From: a virus
IMG/VR virus record: IMGVR_UViG_3300045988_162524
Location: 21,293-85,292 of that record
Strand: one strand, 5' to 3'
Length of the DNA stretch: 64,000 nt
In this document: piece by piece, positions 59,213-64,000 of the stretch
How positions within the stretch are numbered: position 1 is the first letter of the stretch
Layout of the letters: every line of letters begins with the position of its first letter
Notes under the pieces: generated by a model
What the model saw: the letters and a program-made list of their open reading frames with translations, nothing else
Told to the model about the DNA's origin: nothing
Databases searched by the model: none
Made by a program: the position numbers and the translations under genes

Positions 59213-61521
59213 TTGGTGGGGCTAAAGGTATAGGCATTGGTATTGATTTTGGTATACCAAATCAATACTGTAGGGCTACTAGTAAGCCCTACATTGAAAA
59301 AGACGTATTAGATTCATTACGTGTTGTTGCTTCTGCTTATGGTAAATCCAATGATGATGCTGACCGTTCTATAGTTAAGAATCTGGTTGATGCTAGTAAT
59401 CCGTTCATCATAAGTAATGCAGCTTTCAAGCTCAATAGCGGGTTTGGGGAGTATAAAGAAGATTTTACTAGTTGGAGAATATATCCAAATATAAAAGTTA
59501 CTGATAACGTAATTACTACTAATGGAAATTTTAATTCTACTTGGTTTATATATAAGCACTCTAGTGAAAGTAAGATAAATGAAATGAATATAAAAGTTTC
59601 AGGTATTCCAAAAGGAGGAAAAATCTTATACTTTTATATTTCAGATGAAACAGCTAATTTGCCTATTGCATATACTATACCAAAAGATGGTATTTATCAT
59701 TTACCAGAATCTAAGATTAATAATAATCGTGTTAGTGTAGGATTTAACGTAGGAAGTAGTTATGATTGGAATAATATAAGAATAGAGCAAATCCCCTCTT
59801 TCGAAGGTGCATTCTTCACCGATGGAGTTGAAGACCTGATTACTTCCACCAAAACCGCACAGGAGATGGGTATTACTGATGAGGTTACTGTTGTTAGTAT
59901 GATTCATCAGATAGATAAACCTAGTAACTTTATTACTACAAATAATATTAGAACTTCTGGAAGTGTTGTAGGTAGAAATGCAATTAGTCTAACAGATAAG
60001 ACTGGAATATACGGATGGTATAAAGACAATATTCAAGGTTCTACTATTAATGTAATAAATAATATATTAGGAGATAAAGCAGATTATACTGCCTCTGCCT
60101 CTAGTAATACTAATTTGTCCTCAAAATTTAGTGTAGTTGGATATATTAGTAATGACAGCATAATTGAAACTAGTCAAGTAGCTTGGTACTGGACAATCAT
60201 CGCCAACAAGGTACTGACTACCGACCAAATCAACCAGGTAATCGCCTACTTCAACTTGGATAGAACACTTAAACCTGATATACTGTGTGATGTCAAGAAA
60301 CAGGGAATCACCAACGATAACCACGCAGAGTTTGGCGACAAGCTGATTGACTTTTCCGGTAACGGTAGGGATATTCAGTTGAACAATGTTGCTTGGAAGG
60401 GGGATTCAGGTATTGGGAAGTATGAGGTTGATTTTCTCGATTCTAGTATATGGAACAGTAGTAATTCAACTATAACGAGTAGTAAGATAGATTGTAAAAA
60501 TGCTATAAGTCATATTATGCTACTGTATTATAGCGTAGGGAGTAAAGAATATCCAGACATTCCTTCGTTTAAGGTTATTAAAACAGGAGCTGATATTGAT
60601 TATAGCTATATTGATGAAACTGGGTCGCCTAAATCAGTTAAAATTGTAGATGGGGTGAATATATTACCAGCTTCACATAACACTTTGTATAGTGGATCTG
60701 GTCGATTTTGTGGTTTTGGTAATCCGGGTATGGGTAATAGTGTTACCATCACCCAAATTCCTTCCCACGCAGGTGGTCTATGCCTTGACGGTATCAATGA
60801 CTTCGGTAAGGTGACAGGGATGCCTGTTTACAAGGATTATACGGTAGTAACCGATAGAGAAATATTTGCTAATATTGGAGCTATATCGTCAAAGAATAAT
60901 CCGGGGGCATTTGTGGAAACTGCCGGAAATAGCGTTTATAGTTTTGGTCAAGCTACTTCTGGTCTAAATTTTATTTCTACTAGAAGTATATCTTATTTAT
61001 CTAAATACTCTTATTGCGGGCAATCTATAACAGCAGGTGCAGCAGAAGATGGAACTGATATGTGGTTAGGCACGATTCGAGATAATGATTCTCGTTTCTT
61101 CAACGGAGCTATCTACTCTCTCATGTCCTTCCCTTATAGTATGTCCGAGTTCTTGATAGAGCGCCAGTTGAAGAAGCATAAGCTGGGTACGCTGTATCCG
61201 GATATGGTGGAGTTCAGACCGATAGTGAAGAGTAATCTACCTTATTCTTCCATTTCCTATTCTGTTAATCCCGGAGAATATATCTCTGTAGATAGCATGG
61301 TTACCATCACTGTAACGTTGCCAAATACCTCTGATAAGCTAATGGAGGTGTCGTGCAATGCTATCAGCGACATATCCATATATGGTGATAATGGCGTTTA
61401 CGAGATTACGGGAAAGGTAGTCAAATCTCCTCAAAAGATAAACCTTGTTATCTCCAGTTACTTGACAATGTTAAGCAACTCAACTTTAATTTCAAATGAA
61501 ACATTAATTAAAAACGAATGA
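59209..61521 (+). CDS. tail fibre / receptor-binding protein with two LamG/concanavalin-like modules (770 aa)
   Basis: Repeated QIPS(F/H).G....DG(V/I).D motif near 59780 and 60750; FFNGAIYSLMSF-type module end. Confidence 0.55.
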   Translation: MIGGAKGIGIGIDFGIPNQYCRATSKPYIEKDVLDSLRVVASAYGKSNDDADRSIVKNLVDASNPFIISNAAFKLNSGFGEYKEDFTSWRIYPNIKVTDNVITTNGNFNSTWFIYKHSSESKINEMNIKVSGIPKGGKILYFYISDETANLPIAYTIPKDGIYHLPESKINNNRVSVGFNVGSSYDWNNIRIEQIPSFEGAFFTDGVEDLITSTKTAQEMGITDEVTVVSMIHQIDKPSNFITTNNIRTSGSVVGRNAISLTDKTGIYGWYKDNIQGSTINVINNILGDKADYTASASSNTNLSSKFSVVGYISNDSIIETSQVAWYWTIIANKVLTTDQINQVIAYFNLDRTLKPDILCDVKKQGITNDNHAEFGDKLIDFSGNGRDIQLNNVAWKGDSGIGKYEVDFLDSSIWNSSNSTITSSKIDCKNAISHIMLLYYSVGSKEYPDIPSFKVIKTGADIDYSYIDETGSPKSVKIVDGVNILPASHNTLYSGSGRFCGFGNPGMGNSVTITQIPSHAGGLCLDGINDFGKVTGMPVYKDYTVVTDREIFANIGAISSKNNPGAFVETAGNSVYSFGQATSGLNFISTRSISYLSKYSYCGQSITAGAAEDGTDMWLGTIRDNDSRFFNGAIYSLMSFPYSMSEFLIERQLKKHKLGTLYPDMVEFRPIVKSNLPYSSISYSVNPGEYISVDSMVTITVTLPNTSDKLMEVSCNAISDISIYGDNGVYEITGKVVKSPQKINLVISSYLTMLSNSTLISNETLIKNE

Positions 61522-61525
61522 TATT

Positions 61526-63712
61526 ATGGAAAAGATATTTGATATAGCAAAAGATAAAGAACAGTCGTGGGGTACTTTAGCTACTGCAATTGATGAAAAT
61601 AATAATATTTTATCTGATAAAATAAATGAGTTAGGAGTGTTTGAAGATATTGAATATCAGGAAGATATTTTAACAAATAAGACTTTATCTCCTGGATATT
61701 ATCTATATACTACGGGAATTGTAAATAGTGAATATCAATATCACTCTGAATTAATAGATGTTAAGGCAGGAGATATAATAAATTATTCTCTAAAAAGTTC
61801 AAATTCAACTTTTGCGGCTGTGATTGCAGCATTTAAAAATTCTACTTATTCTAAAGACGATTCTATCCAAGATCAGCAAAATGGGAGTGGGTATATAAAC
61901 CAAGGTTCTTATATAGTTCCAGAGGGAGTTACGTCGATAGGTATTAGCTCTGCTTCATTAACAGGTAATGTTGTTACCAAAACTATGTATAAAAATTCTC
62001 TGCAAAAGCTTTCCAATCAGATAACTTATACTCATATAAAGATTAATAGGAAGGATAATGCAAAAGCTGATTTTACAGGACTGAATGCCATAAAAGAGGC
62101 ATTGGATTCCATAACTGACAATTCGTACTACAACAGATATATTCTTGATATTGAGGGTCATTTTATATTTACTGATACTACATATCATACAAAATTTATA
62201 AATGAGAAAGATTCAGAAAACTCATGGATAACTAATGTATATGGTAAAGACTATGTGACTTTAGACGGTGGAAATAATAAAGACACTTCTATAGAAGTCT
62301 ATTTTGATGAAAATACTCAATTCCCAGACTGGTCTAATGGAAATGGAAAATATTATGGTGCTAATTATCAAGTTATTTTTAATAATGCAGAATATTTTGA
62401 GTGCAAGAATATCGCATTTATAGGGAAAAATACTAGATACTGTTTGCACATGGAAAATTTTTCTGAAAACACAGATTCGTTTGTACAGTTTGAGAATTGC
62501 AATTTTTCATTTGAATATACAGGATTAAATCAGGGGCATTCTTTAAATGGAGACACTGTCATTGGCTGTGGATACAGGGCTAATGTGATTAGTAATTTTT
62601 TTCAATGCAAAATTGTAGCTCTAGGAAATAGAACTAATACGGTGCTTTTTGGGCTTCACGGTGGGTATCCAAGACAATATCTCAAAATTATAAATCCGGC
62701 AACAATTGTTTTTGAAAATTGTATTTTTTCAAATCCCTATGGATTTCGATTTGTTAAATATGATACTTATTATAATGTATCTGATTCTATTATTTTCAAT
62801 CATTGTAATGTGTTGCAAGATCTTAATATGGAATATTCAGTCTTGCCGTATGGAGATTATATGTATCCTTTCTCATTTCCTGATGTTAAATATAGCGGAA
62901 GGCCATTAGCGGTATATTCATCTCAAAATGCACAAAGTAAGGTTCTTCGGGTAAAATGTTCTACAGGGAATTCTTCTCAAATAAGACTAGATACAACTTC
63001 TACAGCTTATGATTTAATTTCTGATATTATTGTTCGTGATAATCCGACAATTACAGATTTTGGAGGATATTATCTAAATGGCTATATTTATAAGGATGAC
63101 TTATATTCCTATCATGGCTATTTGATTGGAACTCGTGATGTTGGAATAACAGGAATGGGTAAGATTTTGGGAGATTGTTCATTGAATTCTAAATCATTAA
63201 AGATAATTCTAAATGATAGTCCCATAGAAGTAATTTTCGATACAGATTTAACAGAAAATTCTAATGATTCTATATTGTCTCTCATAAATGAACAATTGTC
63301 TGCATACGGTTTAATTTGTGATATGGTATATTCGGGAGAATATTATTATCCACAGTTTGACTGCGTTAAATTTATAAGAAATGATGGTGATTATGCTGAC
63401 GGAGGTATGATAGTATCAATCATTGGAAATACATTTAAAAAAGCTAAAGATGGTGATAAAGTTGTAGGTGTCTTGATAGATGATACTCCGAAGGGGGAAT
63501 TTGGAAGAGTAGCATATAAAGGCGTTTTTTCTTGTAAAACATACAAATATAATAAATCTCTAGGGGGTATTCTGATAAGTTCGACAAGCTTTTCTCCTGG
63601 ATCATATTATAAAATCGGTGCAGAAAATGGAATATTAATAAAAAGTGCTTCTTATGAAGGAGCTGTTGTTTTAGGTTTATCATACGATAAAGCTTTATTG
63701 TTAAATATATAA
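61526..63712 (+). CDS. tail spike / depolymerase-like protein, probable right-handed beta-helix (728 aa)
   Basis: Repeated (F/E)ENC(N/I)FS, FQCKIV, FNHCNV rungs typical of pectate-lyase-fold proteins. Confidence 0.5.
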   Translation: MEKIFDIAKDKEQSWGTLATAIDENNNILSDKINELGVFEDIEYQEDILTNKTLSPGYYLYTTGIVNSEYQYHSELIDVKAGDIINYSLKSSNSTFAAVIAAFKNSTYSKDDSIQDQQNGSGYINQGSYIVPEGVTSIGISSASLTGNVVTKTMYKNSLQKLSNQITYTHIKINRKDNAKADFTGLNAIKEALDSITDNSYYNRYILDIEGHFIFTDTTYHTKFINEKDSENSWITNVYGKDYVTLDGGNNKDTSIEVYFDENTQFPDWSNGNGKYYGANYQVIFNNAEYFECKNIAFIGKNTRYCLHMENFSENTDSFVQFENCNFSFEYTGLNQGHSLNGDTVIGCGYRANVISNFFQCKIVALGNRTNTVLFGLHGGYPRQYLKIINPATIVFENCIFSNPYGFRFVKYDTYYNVSDSIIFNHCNVLQDLNMEYSVLPYGDYMYPFSFPDVKYSGRPLAVYSSQNAQSKVLRVKCSTGNSSQIRLDTTSTAYDLISDIIVRDNPTITDFGGYYLNGYIYKDDLYSYHGYLIGTRDVGITGMGKILGDCSLNSKSLKIILNDSPIEVIFDTDLTENSNDSILSLINEQLSAYGLICDMVYSGEYYYPQFDCVKFIRNDGDYADGGMIVSIIGNTFKKAKDGDKVVGVLIDDTPKGEFGRVAYKGVFSCKTYKYNKSLGGILISSTSFSPGSYYKIGAENGILIKSASYEGAVVLGLSYDKALLLNI

Positions 63713-63794
63713 TTGTTTATGAAATACATTACATTCCCCACAGCGAATTTGAACGAGATAATTGATTTAAATAACAAAATATTTATACAATAAA

Positions 63795-64000
63795 ATGAAA
63801 AAGTTAATTAAAAAAATAAAAGCTTGGTATAAAGAAAGCAATAGAGATAAGCACTCATACGTGGGTGCTATCATCTATTGTACTTTTTTTGTAGTAGGTT
63901 TTGCATTAGGGATAGAACTTATTCCTAATGCTGTTATCGCTACAGGAGCTACAGTAGCTTCTATGATGTCAGCTGAATATAAAGACAAGGAACATGGCTC
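63795..64000 (+). CDS. membrane protein, truncated by window end
   Basis: Own translation MKKLIKKIKAWYKESNRDKHSYVGAIIYCTFFVVGFALGIELIPNAVIATGATVASMMSAEYKDKEHG... Confidence 0.4.
   Translation, partial: MKKLIKKIKAWYKESNRDKHSYVGAIIYCTFFVVGFALGIELIPNAVIATGATVASMMSAEYKDKEHG

Noticed and set aside
59209-63712. Diversity-generating retroelement acting on the fibre genes
   Set aside because: There is no reverse transcriptase, no template/variable repeat pair and no Avd-like gene visible.
1-64000. tRNA or tmRNA genes
   Set aside because: Scanning by eye for T-loop-like GGTTCGAATCC/GTTCAAATC patterns and cloverleaf-sized G+C islands found none. A tRNAscan/ARAGORN run would be needed to be sure.
1-64000. 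Integrated prophage with host flanks
   Set aside because: Every recognisable gene is phage-like. No host housekeeping genes, att-like direct repeats or tyrosine integrase were seen. The window looks like an internal part of a larger phage genome.

Overview
The whole 64-kb window is AT-rich phage DNA. It most resembles a long-tailed (sipho-like) dsDNA phage of a Bacteroidota host. Supporting signs: many TAnnTTTG -7 promoter boxes, an adjacent DUF4494/DUF3127 gene pair, and mostly SD-less starts. No integrase of the tyrosine type, att site, tRNA, CRISPR array or reverse transcriptase was seen.

Layout:
(i) 1-6064, minus strand: replication and modification genes (sliding-clamp fragment, ASCH, C5-methyltransferase, GIY-YIG homing endonuclease).
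(ii) 6065-7432: 1.4-kb non-coding strand-switch region with unusual sequence composition.
(iii) 7433-35225, plus strand: block of about 80 mostly small ORFs. It holds a small serine recombinase, RNase HI, Dam, a Rad50-like ATPase, DUF4494, an SSB-like protein, an HNH homing endonuclease, RecT, an interrupted MBL-fold hydrolase, a RuvC-like resolvase, dUTPase, TnpB copy 1 and an M15 endolysin.
(iv) 35236-52608, mostly minus strand: late block with scaffold, decoration, capsid, connectors, tail tube, chaperones and a 1933-aa tape measure. A 2-gene plus-strand island interrupts it, and a 5-gene orphan operon follows.
(v) 52878-64000, plus strand: homing endonuclease, TerL, portal, TnpB copy 2, fibre/depolymerase-like genes.

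Most interesting observations:
- A recurring promoter plus pseudoknot-type leader RNA sits in front of four add-on genes.
- Two divergent TnpA-less TnpB genes are wired into phage operons. One uses a promoter 16-mer identical to that of a homing endonuclease.
- Two promoter-led structured non-coding loci share a 17-mer.
- A TAGTACAC operator motif occurs at two divergent late control regions.
- An MBL-fold gene is broken by a 6-nt, stop-containing insertion exactly inside its HxHxDH motif.
- There are three candidate -1 frameshift sites.

All calls come from reading the sequence and ORF track by eye. No searches or folding programs were run.
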